Below are positions 49,529 through 58,617 of a DNA stretch of 64,000 nucleotides, one piece after another. The stretch lies in the IMG/VR virus record IMGVR_UViG_3300032323_000739, positions 1-64,000 of that record. One strand, given 5' to 3'. The stretch comes from a virus. Position 1 is the stretch's first letter. The number at the start of each line of letters is the position of its first letter. The translations under genes and the position numbers were made by a program. The notes beneath the pieces were generated by a model that had not been told where the DNA came from, did not search any database, and saw only the letters and a program-made list of their open reading frames with translations.

Positions 49529-50452
49529 ATGAAAATTTTAATGACCGGAACCAGTGGATTTATCGGATCACATCTTAAACCACTGATTGAAAAAAATCAT
49601 ACTTTTTACTCTCTTAAAAGCGATTTGTTAGATTTTGAAGCAGTAACCAAAGAAGTATTAGATTTTAAACCAGATGTCATAGTACACCTTGGTGCTCGTA
49701 CAGAAGTTGAAAAAAGTTTTTATGAGCAAATAACATTTAGTCAAATTAATTATGTTGGTAGCGTCAACTTAATCGAAGCGGCTAGCAAAGTAGAGAATTT
49801 TAAAAATTTTGTTTTTGCCAGTACCATGGAAGTGTATGGCTGGCAACCTATTAGCGACGAAATTAAAGATAACGGTCAACCTTTAAATCATGTTGCGTTT
49901 GATGAAAATACCGAACCTCACCCTAATGCTCCCTATGCTGTAGCCAAATACGGTGTAGAAAAATATCTTGAATATATGCATCGTAGTTGCGGCTTTCCTT
50001 TTAGTGCCATTCGTCAGACTAATAGTTATGGTCGTAAAGATAATGATTTCTTTGTTGTAGAACAAATTATTACACAGATGTTAAAAAATCCTAATGAGGT
50101 AAATTTTGGTTATGCCGAGCCTTTTCGCAATTTTATTTTTATTGATGATTTACTTGCCGCTTGGATGACATTAATAGAAGATCCTAACATCGGTAAAACA
50201 GGAAAAATTTTTACAGTAGGACCAGACAATCCTATCAAGATAAAAGATCTAGCCAGCATTATTGCTAAGAAACTAAACTGGAACGGTGCAATTAACTGGA
50301 ATAAAAAACCTAAGCGTCAGGGAGAAATTTACTGGTTAAACAGCAACCATAATCTTTTAACTAAACACACTGGGTGGACTCCTAAGGTTAGTTTAAATGA
50401 CGGCATTGATCGAACTATAGAAATTTGGAGAAACATTTTACATGTTAAATGA
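49529..50452 (+). CDS. NAD-dependent nucleotide-sugar epimerase/dehydratase (extended SDR)
   Basis: TGTSGFIG, D.IVHL.A, STMEVYG, YAVAK, RNFIFIDD. Confidence 0.9.
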   Translation: MKILMTGTSGFIGSHLKPLIEKNHTFYSLKSDLLDFEAVTKEVLDFKPDVIVHLGARTEVEKSFYEQITFSQINYVGSVNLIEAASKVENFKNFVFASTMEVYGWQPISDEIKDNGQPLNHVAFDENTEPHPNAPYAVAKYGVEKYLEYMHRSCGFPFSAIRQTNSYGRKDNDFFVVEQIITQMLKNPNEVNFGYAEPFRNFIFIDDLLAAWMTLIEDPNIGKTGKIFTVGPDNPIKIKDLASIIAKKLNWNGAINWNKKPKRQGEIYWLNSNHNLLTKHTGWTPKVSLNDGIDRTIEIWRNILHVK

Positions 50453-51566
50453 ACTGCAAACTCATTGGGACAACAAAGTTGTTAATTACAATTTAGAAAA
50501 GTATAACTGGCCTGCGTGGGCGTTAAGTGTCATACAAGAAGTTGCACCACAAGTAAAAGAACTTGAAACAATGCATGAAGTTCTTACTCCCGTTGAGATT
50601 GTGCGGGTAAGTCAGCATGTGCAAAATTCATGCAGTCGTAAAGATTTTATGGAACGATTTGATGAATTTGCCGCAGGCATAGTTCCACAACGAATTGCTG
50701 GTAAACGTTACATGATTCAACGTCAAGGCACTCTTCGTGTGGTAATTCCCAATCAAGAAAGCGTAGGACGTAGACTGGCGTTTCATCAAGGTATTTTTGT
50801 AGGAAATGGTCGCGGTTGTCGTACTATCTGGACCCCATTTACAGAAGCCAAAGGTACTAATACTATGTGGATGTTAGACTTAGATATTAGTCGAGAAATT
50901 ACAAAACGTGTGCTTGCTGAAAAGTGGAGTCTTGAAAAGTTTGAAGAAGAAAGTCTAAAACATGCCTGGCCTGTTACACTGGAACCCGGCCAAAGCCACT
51001 TGTTCTTTCAAGAACATATACATGGCAATAAAAATAACACAGAGGGATATACTCGTGTTAGTATGGACATGCGTATTCTTATTGAAGGCGAAGAGTGGGG
51101 TCGTAGACTTCCTGGCGGATTTATGCGACTGCCAGGCGACTATGAAGTTGCAGACACAATGGACTATACTGGTAAAAGTTTTATTACCTATGCTGGTTGG
51201 AATAGTAAGTTTAGTAAAGATATTCCATTACCGATGCAACGTGCAATTATAGAGCCATACTGTCAAAAGAATAAGATTGCTTATACAAGTTACGAGTTTG
51301 AAAATGAACACATGGACTGGCAACCTGGACTAGAATACTACATTAAAGAACGTCCAGACGGTATTGTACTGTGCAGTATGTACTGTCTAACAGACGACGT
51401 GCAACGACGTAGCGAATTACTGCAACTGGCATTAGATCTAGGTGTAGAACTACACTTTGCCAACGAACTAGTAAGTTTAAAGTCAAAGAAAGATTTAGAA
51501 AAAATCGAAACCTATCTAAACTTTGCTGTACCTAAAAAAGGTCCGCATGTGTGGGAAGAACAATAA
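50442..51566 (+). CDS. Fe(II)/2OG oxygenase with HxG (halogenase-like) motif, fused to a sporadic-carbohydrate-cluster-like domain
   Basis: LRV..P, FHQG (H115-x-G117), IW.PFT, H194GN, R205VS. The C-terminal Q...I..YC...DGIV..S...L....R.....HFANE resembles the TIGR04323-type partner (recalled from memory). Confidence 0.65.
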   Translation: MLNELQTHWDNKVVNYNLEKYNWPAWALSVIQEVAPQVKELETMHEVLTPVEIVRVSQHVQNSCSRKDFMERFDEFAAGIVPQRIAGKRYMIQRQGTLRVVIPNQESVGRRLAFHQGIFVGNGRGCRTIWTPFTEAKGTNTMWMLDLDISREITKRVLAEKWSLEKFEEESLKHAWPVTLEPGQSHLFFQEHIHGNKNNTEGYTRVSMDMRILIEGEEWGRRLPGGFMRLPGDYEVADTMDYTGKSFITYAGWNSKFSKDIPLPMQRAIIEPYCQKNKIAYTSYEFENEHMDWQPGLEYYIKERPDGIVLCSMYCLTDDVQRRSELLQLALDLGVELHFANELVSLKSKKDLEKIETYLNFAVPKKGPHVWEEQ

Positions 51567-52072
51567 TGAATAGAGGGCATATTACGCCATTTTGGAGTAT
51601 GAGTGATATTAAAGCAGTGTTATTCACTCCACCTGCAAACGTTTACAACGGTTTTAAATTGATGGATTATCAAGAGGATGTTTATAAAAATATTGATATT
51701 TCTATCAACATACACAAAACTCTTCCAGATTTTATTAGCAAGGAAATTCTTGAACAAGAGTTTAGTTGGCTAAAAGAAAAAATGTATGCTGTACATCGAA
51801 TGACTCCGGGTACCGGACTGCCCGAACACTCTGATAGGTATGAATATTATTCTAAAACTAATAACATTGATGACATTAATCAAATAGAGCGGATAATTGT
51901 ATTTTTAGAAGATAAAAAAATAGGTCACGAGTTTGTTTTAGAAAATTACAAATTTGAGGATTGGAAAGCCGGGGACTGGGTAAGTTGGGTCGGTGGAGCG
52001 AATCATGCCGCATACAACGAAGGTGCGGAAGATCGATATACTATGCAGATTACCGGTATTAAAAAAAGTTAG
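51566..52072 (+). CDS. Fe(II)/2OG oxygenase-like cupin
   Basis: PG..LPEHSD (HxD), W.AGD, HAAYN....RYT.QIT; TAATG coupling. Confidence 0.7.
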   Translation: MNRGHITPFWSMSDIKAVLFTPPANVYNGFKLMDYQEDVYKNIDISINIHKTLPDFISKEILEQEFSWLKEKMYAVHRMTPGTGLPEHSDRYEYYSKTNNIDDINQIERIIVFLEDKKIGHEFVLENYKFEDWKAGDWVSWVGGANHAAYNEGAEDRYTMQITGIKKS

Positions 52073-53369
52073 AGTTTTTCTTAAGAGATTCTAAATTTTT
52101 AAAATTGTGTTCTATAATTGGTGTCATTTCACTATAGAGTACTTTTAAATCTTCTATTGATTTTGAACTTAGATAGTCAATAACTTTAAATATTTTTATT
52201 AATCGCTGTTCGTGATTTTCTTCTTGGTCATAACTTTCGTCCCAAAAATCACTAAAAGTTTTAAATCCTAGTTTTTTAGCATATTCTAAAGAATAAGGCG
52301 GAGCCATTAGTATAAAAGGTCTAAATGATTTAACTGCATTTAGAGTTTTTTCACTTAACATTCCTGTGGGCTGTGCAAATTTAGTTTCACTGACAACTGC
52401 ACAAAAACAACTTTGATATACTGATATAGGTAATTCGTTTATGCTAGGACACTCTTGTCTATGAAATACATAATCCATTACTATTGGTCCTTGATTTTGT
52501 AACTCCTCGACGCCATTTTTTATTTTTTTATAAAGTTCTGGGTAGATATTTTGCCAGCGATCGATATCAAACCACAGATTGCTGTTTATTTCTTCAAATG
52601 AAACATTGTGTTGCCAAGAATATTTTGTTTCTAAATTTTTTATATAACTGATTAATAAATGGCGGTATCCTGTGTATCTCCAGGCACCTGACCAAAATTT
52701 GTATTTTATTTTTGAGCAATCTGGTATATTAGAATCGGGATTATATGTATAAGTGGTAGTAGAATCAGTACTGTGTTTTAATAATGAGGTTTTAAAAATA
52801 TCTCGATTTTTAATTTCAAACGAATATTTTTCTTTAAAATATTTCTCAACGTTATAGTCAAAGGTATTGACTCTTACCTTTGTTAATCCATTTTTTAACA
52901 CAAATTTTTTAACACTATCTAGCTCAAAACAATGTAAATTTTCAATATTTTTTATAGTAGATTCGAAACCATTTATGATATAAACTGAATTTATTATTGG
53001 GTTATTATAAGCATCGGTGTCTTTTAAACTAAACGTATTTTTTTCGCCGATATCAAAAAACAAATTTTCGTAGAAGAAGATGTCCAATCCGTGTTCATTT
53101 ATATAAGTTACAACATCGTTAGGTAAAATTAAATTTTCTATTTGAGAAATTTGACCAATGCCTGTATAAACCATAAAAGGCGTTGGATAGTTGTATAGGT
53201 AAGTATCTTTGTAGTAGTCATCAAAATAATCAAAAAACGAATAATCATTACAAATTTCTTCTTGATTTACAATCTCTCCCGTTTTTAAAATAATAGAAGG
53301 CGACTGTATTTTTAAGTCTTGATATACAACACAAAAATAATAAGGACTTTCAACATCAAAATTTTTCAT
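52059..53369 (-). CDS. Putative GT-B glycosyltransferase (GT10/GT47-like C-terminal domain)
   Basis: Y..CFCAVVSET......SEKT......RPFI.....SL......GFKTF...WDESYD; tandem paralog of the next gene. Confidence 0.5.
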   Translation of the reverse strand: MKNFDVESPYYFCVVYQDLKIQSPSIILKTGEIVNQEEICNDYSFFDYFDDYYKDTYLYNYPTPFMVYTGIGQISQIENLILPNDVVTYINEHGLDIFFYENLFFDIGEKNTFSLKDTDAYNNPIINSVYIINGFESTIKNIENLHCFELDSVKKFVLKNGLTKVRVNTFDYNVEKYFKEKYSFEIKNRDIFKTSLLKHSTDSTTTYTYNPDSNIPDCSKIKYKFWSGAWRYTGYRHLLISYIKNLETKYSWQHNVSFEEINSNLWFDIDRWQNIYPELYKKIKNGVEELQNQGPIVMDYVFHRQECPSINELPISVYQSCFCAVVSETKFAQPTGMLSEKTLNAVKSFRPFILMAPPYSLEYAKKLGFKTFSDFWDESYDQEENHEQRLIKIFKVIDYLSSKSIEDLKVLYSEMTPIIEHNFKNLESLKKNSNFF

Positions 53370-54670
53370 AATATAACTGCATTGTTTTTAAACGTAGAAA
53401 GATTTTTTAAATTATGTTCTAAAACTGGTTTAATTTTATCATATAATTCTTTGAGATCCTCGATGCTATAACTATCGATATGGTCAATGAGTTTTAAAAT
53501 TTTTTCCATGCGGCGTGAGTGATTAATCTCTGTATCATAACTTTCGTCCCAGACCTCGCCAAAAGTTTTAAAACCCATTAGTTTTAAATATTCTAAAGTG
53601 CGTGGAGGAGCAACTAACACAAAAGGTCGCATAGCTCTAATTGCGTTTATTGTTTTTTCACTGAACAATCCAGTATCCTGAGTAAACCGAGATTCTGTAA
53701 CTACTGCACAAAAACATTGAGCATAAAATTCAATAGGTAATGGATGGGTCCAGTCGGGACTTTTAACACTCGGTTTACTGATTTGTTCAGATGATAAATT
53801 TACAATCTCGCCGGGTATATCAATGCTAAACGGACCTTTTTGATTTAAATATTTGTTGCCGTTTACTAGTTCATTTTTTTTAAAATCTAACTCAAACCAC
53901 AATGCTGATAAAAACTCCTCGGTAGACACGTTATAATTCCAACTAATTAAAGAAGATCGCTGACAAAGATATGCGGCAATTATATTTCTAAATGACGTGT
54001 ACCTCCAATTTGCAGACCAAAATTTATACTTGATTTCATCACTGCTAAAATTGGTTCGTATAGGATCAGTATTTTCATTAAACAACGATTGGATAAAAAT
54101 ATCTTTACAAAAAATTTTAAATTCTTTATATTGATTTGAAAATTTTTCTCTACAATAATAATCGCATGTAAAGACAGAAACATTTGTTAATTTATTTTTA
54201 ATAACAAACTCTTTAATCGATTCAAATTCATAACAGAATAATATTTCACTGTTATCTTTTTCTGAAAAAACTTCTTTAGCAGATTTATTACCTCGATGAT
54301 AATTGACCGGATCAATGTAAAATCGGTCATCGGAGTTATTAGTAAATGATAATATTTCGTACAGATATATTTCTAAACCTGTTTGATTAAGTTTTTCAAT
54401 AACTTTGCTATCTAGTTCTAACGATTCTAACTGCGGTATATTGCCTATACCTGTGTATATCATGTGTGGCTTTGATATTTTTTCTATAAAGGTACCAGTA
54501 TATAAATCTTGATAATAATCAAAAAAAGTATATTTTTCTGATTGTTGATCGGATCTAAATATCTCTCCGTTTTGAAGAATTAAAATAGGGTCAGAGAACA
54601 ACTTTTGATACAAAACACAAAAGTAATGATCGTTTCGAGTATCAAAAGTTTTTCCCGACAATGGTCTCAT
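53366..54670 (-). CDS. Putative GT-B glycosyltransferase, paralog of 52059-53369
   Basis: Shares YFCV.YQ, YTGIG.I.Q.E.L, IKYKFWS..WRYT..R, SEKT and WDESYD motifs. Confidence 0.5.
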   Translation of the reverse strand: MRPLSGKTFDTRNDHYFCVLYQKLFSDPILILQNGEIFRSDQQSEKYTFFDYYQDLYTGTFIEKISKPHMIYTGIGNIPQLESLELDSKVIEKLNQTGLEIYLYEILSFTNNSDDRFYIDPVNYHRGNKSAKEVFSEKDNSEILFCYEFESIKEFVIKNKLTNVSVFTCDYYCREKFSNQYKEFKIFCKDIFIQSLFNENTDPIRTNFSSDEIKYKFWSANWRYTSFRNIIAAYLCQRSSLISWNYNVSTEEFLSALWFELDFKKNELVNGNKYLNQKGPFSIDIPGEIVNLSSEQISKPSVKSPDWTHPLPIEFYAQCFCAVVTESRFTQDTGLFSEKTINAIRAMRPFVLVAPPRTLEYLKLMGFKTFGEVWDESYDTEINHSRRMEKILKLIDHIDSYSIEDLKELYDKIKPVLEHNLKNLSTFKNNAVIL

Positions 54671-55659
54671 TTATGATCCCTAGCAATGTCGAGGGTTACG
54701 CAATGAAATCCGCCACCTAAGGTCCTTTGTTGTCGTCCAGGTAGCATAGCACACTCTATTTTATATTTGGCCAATTCTTTTCTTAGAGGTTCTTGTACAT
54801 TGGGCAGTGCTACTAGATTAGGATTAATACTAAACAAATTTACATTCATCCACTTACTAGCATTACAATAACCGGGATAATGACCTACATCGACAGCATC
54901 ATCGACAAAAATGGCATCCCAACTTTGTAAAGGTTTAGGCAATTGATCTTTGCTCTTAATTCGACTCCCGTTTAACAGCATTAGTCCTTCTCTTAACAAT
55001 GCTATAGTACTGTCTATGTGCATATAACTGTAAACACCTTCAACTAGCCATACTTTTTTTGACGGTCCTACTAATTCTTGTAGATACTCTGCACCTTTCT
55101 TATTAGCACTGTTACTGACTAGATAATATAAGTTATCGTTATCTTTTAAAACATTTGCCGCATCAAAGCAAGGTTCTATTTCTGTTAGTGCTAAAATGTC
55201 TTTGTCTCCTAGACACTTTTCATTATATAACGCATCGGATTTTTCCGCCGCTGCCTGTATGTAACGTACTCCGTTTTTAGCAAATCTTTGAAAATGTGCG
55301 TCCATACTACGCCACTCTCCTTCTCTCGCTCTTAGGGGTTGTGGAGTTGCTAATATTAAATCGTCGTAGACTATGACATTATCGCGAGGACAATAGTTAT
55401 AATAGTTTGGTTCAAAATTAGAATCGGGTCTAAGAACCTCAACACCTTCCCCTTTTAAAAATTTACAAAATTCTTCTAAATCTTCGTTGGCTTCGTCTAT
55501 AACTTGTTGCGGATATCTACCCTGAGGAATTTTACTTTCGTCTGTGTAGTCAGCATAGTTTACGCATCTTAGACTTTTATCTAGAGATGGTATTTTAGCA
55601 TCGTCGGCAATGCCAACGATTACAGTTTTTAAAGGATCCCATTCGTTTTTACTTAACAT
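54667..55659 (-). CDS. Amidinotransferase (StrB1/glycine amidinotransferase family)
   Basis: NEWDPLK.VIVG, CPRD, FDAAN, HIDST, C-terminal GGGFHCVTLD (Asp-His-Cys triad). Confidence 0.9.
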   Translation of the reverse strand: MLSKNEWDPLKTVIVGIADDAKIPSLDKSLRCVNYADYTDESKIPQGRYPQQVIDEANEDLEEFCKFLKGEGVEVLRPDSNFEPNYYNYCPRDNVIVYDDLILATPQPLRAREGEWRSMDAHFQRFAKNGVRYIQAAAEKSDALYNEKCLGDKDILALTEIEPCFDAANVLKDNDNLYYLVSNSANKKGAEYLQELVGPSKKVWLVEGVYSYMHIDSTIALLREGLMLLNGSRIKSKDQLPKPLQSWDAIFVDDAVDVGHYPGYCNASKWMNVNLFSINPNLVALPNVQEPLRKELAKYKIECAMLPGRQQRTLGGGFHCVTLDIARDHK

Positions 55660-55662
55660 AAT

Positions 55663-56376
55663 TTACTCACTGTGTTTATAAAGTTCAAAATCTTTTTCGT
55701 ATAATTTAAAAAATTCTTTTGAATTTTTTACATAATTATCAAATAAAGTTTTACAGAATACACTATAATTTGGTAATTTTTTTTCACTACTATTATAGTG
55801 TGGAAGTCTTACATCTATTCCTAAAAAATTTTGTATTTTTTGTTCAAGGGTATTATCCATTTTAAAAGTTTGAATATTTTTATCTTTACAAGGAATTAAA
55901 AAAAGATACTGCGGGGCAGTGTGTTCTTCAAAAATAAACTTTTTTTGTTTTACTTCTTCTGCTATCTGCTCCAGCGATAATACCATATCTCTAGGTACAG
56001 GAATTCCGAACATAGGATTTTCTTCTGTACATTCAGGACCAATGAATCTATACATATACTCGTTTAAGCCCGCTGACCAGCGAGATAGTGGATCTCTGAC
56101 TACTGCAAAAATTTTATAATCATCCTGTAATTCAAAATTTAAATCGTCTGATATTAATGTAAATCCAGCAGATTTTAAAGCGGCAGTGAGACTTCGACTT
56201 GCACACTTATCTATGTGCATGAATATAGTCTTTATCTGATGATTTACCATACATCCAGTAAACCCTGGTGCATGAATAAGATCTCGATATTTTTGAAATG
56301 TCATGGCAGATGATGCACAATAGTTATTGTACAAATCTATAGAATAATCAATGACTGCAGGGGATTGTGTTAACAT
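55663..56376 (-). CDS. Sulfotransferase family 2 protein
   Basis: FMHIDKCASRS (5'-PSB loop), VVRDPLSRW.A (3'-PB), H..PQ. Confidence 0.75.
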   Translation of the reverse strand: MLTQSPAVIDYSIDLYNNYCASSAMTFQKYRDLIHAPGFTGCMVNHQIKTIFMHIDKCASRSLTAALKSAGFTLISDDLNFELQDDYKIFAVVRDPLSRWSAGLNEYMYRFIGPECTEENPMFGIPVPRDMVLSLEQIAEEVKQKKFIFEEHTAPQYLFLIPCKDKNIQTFKMDNTLEQKIQNFLGIDVRLPHYNSSEKKLPNYSVFCKTLFDNYVKNSKEFFKLYEKDFELYKHSE

Positions 56377-56604
56377 TTAATCTTTTTCGGTTACTATAAT
56401 TGCTACTCGATCGGCGGCCCATACTAGCCGACCGTAGCAGGCGATGTTCCATTTAGTTTCACCGTGTTCTTGCGTACATTCTGTAAACGTTTCTCCAAAG
56501 ATTCTAACATCCGACGCAAAATGCTCTTGGCCGTTTTCAAACACTCGCCACACTAATTTAGAACCGTTGTGTTTGGTATTGAATCGGACGTGATACTTGT
56601 TCAT
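56377..56604 (-). CDS. Small hypothetical protein
   Basis: 75 aa, translationally coupled to both neighbours. Confidence 0.55.
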   Translation of the reverse strand: MNKYHVRFNTKHNGSKLVWRVFENGQEHFASDVRIFGETFTECTQEHGETKWNIACYGRLVWAADRVAIIVTEKD

Positions 56605-57437
56605 TTAAGTCCCATCTCTTTTCTTATCTTAGTGGCACTTATTGAATGTATAGCATCATCAAAAGTTTCTTGTTCAATTCGATAGCCTACATCTCTACCA
56701 TAGGTAATGTTTACAATGTTAGGCACAACTTGTATTTCGTATTGTCCCTGATACAGAGGATCTAGATCTCTGCGTATGTAACTTTTGACTTGTTCTATAG
56801 CAAACGGGTTTGACCCTTGCCAACCTTGACAATCACGTATTTGTATCACAACTTGCCCTGTTTTGGCAATGGCACGTTCAAATAACGCACGATGTCCAGC
56901 ATGCCACGGCTGCCATCGTCCTAACATTTGTACTGTTTCTTTTTGCCAGTCGAACGTAGGTCTACGACGATTGCTAAGGATATGTTCTCCGATAAATTCA
57001 GACCACTTCTCTGCATTCTGTTCTGTAATGCGGAAGTCGTAGACATCTGGTGCTACAAACATTTTATTTGTATCTTCATATCGACCAGCATCTATAGTGT
57101 CTACCCAGATAGTCCAGTCTGCTTTAAAATTATGTCGCATTTCGGGCAAAGGTGCTACAAAATCAACAATGACAAAATCTGCAGAACTTCGATCTGCTAA
57201 TTCCCTCATTCTATGACTTTGACGTATACGTCCTTCTTGACTAAAGTCCCAGTCATTATACTTCTTGCGGACATCATCGGCATTAAACCATTCTACAGTA
57301 GCGTAACTCTGGTGAGCCATTTCTCGATCACTGTGAAACATACCGCTATGGTTTTCTAACCATTTTTTTAATTCTTGAGCAAGCATGGTTTTGCCTGCGC
57401 CGGGTAACCCCATTATTAATATACGCTTTGCTGTCAT
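56601..57437 (-). CDS. Adenylylsulfate-kinase-like domain fused to an HxGH nucleotidyltransferase domain
   Basis: GLPGAGKT P-loop, NAD.VR....DFS.EGR..Q..R; C-terminal LGRWQPWHAGH...ISATKIR. Confidence 0.8.
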   Translation of the reverse strand: MTAKRILIMGLPGAGKTMLAQELKKWLENHSGMFHSDREMAHQSYATVEWFNADDVRKKYNDWDFSQEGRIRQSHRMRELADRSSADFVIVDFVAPLPEMRHNFKADWTIWVDTIDAGRYEDTNKMFVAPDVYDFRITEQNAEKWSEFIGEHILSNRRRPTFDWQKETVQMLGRWQPWHAGHRALFERAIAKTGQVVIQIRDCQGWQGSNPFAIEQVKSYIRRDLDPLYQGQYEIQVVPNIVNITYGRDVGYRIEQETFDDAIHSISATKIRKEMGLK

Positions 57438-58027
57438 TGAAACACCTTTTGTAAACTTATGTCTGGATAATCTTTATAACTCCATTTCTGCGGAGGCATA
57501 TCCTTTACTTCTTTAAACTTTTTAAGACCTAGTTCTGCAGTTTCAGGAGTCATATAATAATGATAACCTAACTGTTCTATAATTTGTTCTGGCCACGGTC
57601 TTTCTCCAAATCTTCCATCGTAACTCATTTCTTTTAATTTTTTAAAGTCAGATAAATTGTCTAACAGAATCATTCCGCCTCTGCCAAGTTTAAGATGTTT
57701 TTTAAATTGAAAACTTAAACACATTAAAGTACCTGGAATGTAACTGCCTTGCTTCCATAGCACTGCGGCGTCAATTATATTACTGTTGCCGATGTAATAA
57801 TAATCTTGCCAGTCTTCGTTTCTAAATTTCCACTCTAAACCTAATTTCATAAAAGTCATTGGTATAGAAAGATACGTTTGCCTTGGGCAACTAACCTGAT
57901 TTGTTTCAGTTAATCTTAAACTTAGTTCTACTGCATGTGTACAGCAGTCAACACTGACAGCATATTTGCTGCCAAAAAAGTCAGCAATAGTATTTTCAAA
58001 TTCTGATATAGTATTCCAGTCAGCCAT
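57434..58027 (-). CDS. DegT/DnrJ/EryC1/StrS PLP aminotransferase (short, about 197 aa)
   Basis: FE..IA...G.KYAV.VD.CT.A, IDAA, SFQFKKHL..GRGG, GY.Y.M....A.LG. Start at ATG 58027 (TAATG). Confidence 0.8.
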   Translation of the reverse strand: MADWNTISEFENTIADFFGSKYAVSVDCCTHAVELSLRLTETNQVSCPRQTYLSIPMTFMKLGLEWKFRNEDWQDYYYIGNSNIIDAAVLWKQGSYIPGTLMCLSFQFKKHLKLGRGGMILLDNLSDFKKLKEMSYDGRFGERPWPEQIIEQLGYHYYMTPETAELGLKKFKEVKDMPPQKWSYKDYPDISLQKVFQ

Positions 58028-58617
58028 TATAATCTCGGATCCCAAGTAGGAAATTCGCACTCCCATTTAGGGAATTTTTTCAGTTGTTCAAAGTATATAT
58101 CTAAATTTAGGCCCCACACTGACTGATTCCATCCCCTGTAAAATACATCTTTGGCTTTGTAAAATGTGCCTTGCTCTACATGTTTAGGAAACCAGATATT
58201 ATGACTAATTCTACTAGTACCTACACTGTTAGCATTACTAGTGCCGTAGAATTTTTTATCTGTTCCGGCCCAGGCAATAGCCGCAGGCATAAAGAATTGA
58301 CTGGCTACACACTGATGTTTAAACACAAATCCTCGAACATTGTGCATAGGCTTATGACTGCGATCAGTAAAGCACACAGTCCTTGCTAGTAATCGATAAC
58401 TGCCGGGACCCATAACATCATCAAAACTATGGCAACAAACTCCTCCGATAATTTCTCCGTTGTATTCTAATAACCAGCCGGCCCACTCTCGTTCGTTTTT
58501 AAAACAATCAAACATAGTTTTTTGACTGATATTATTTTCAAAACCTCTGCGAGCACACTCGGCATAAAATTCTGTTAAATCTAAATCTTCAGTAAATGGT
58601 ATTAATCGATATGTCAT
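58027..58617 (-). CDS. Hypothetical protein, possible GNAT-fold acyltransferase
   Basis: W.L...GEIIG....H.......YRL..R pattern; start at ATG 58617 (ATGA overlap). Confidence 0.4.
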   Translation of the reverse strand: MTYRLIPFTEDLDLTEFYAECARRGFENNISQKTMFDCFKNEREWAGWLLEYNGEIIGGVCCHSFDDVMGPGSYRLLARTVCFTDRSHKPMHNVRGFVFKHQCVASQFFMPAAIAWAGTDKKFYGTSNANSVGTSRISHNIWFPKHVEQGTFYKAKDVFYRGWNQSVWGLNLDIYFEQLKKFPKWECEFPTWDPRL

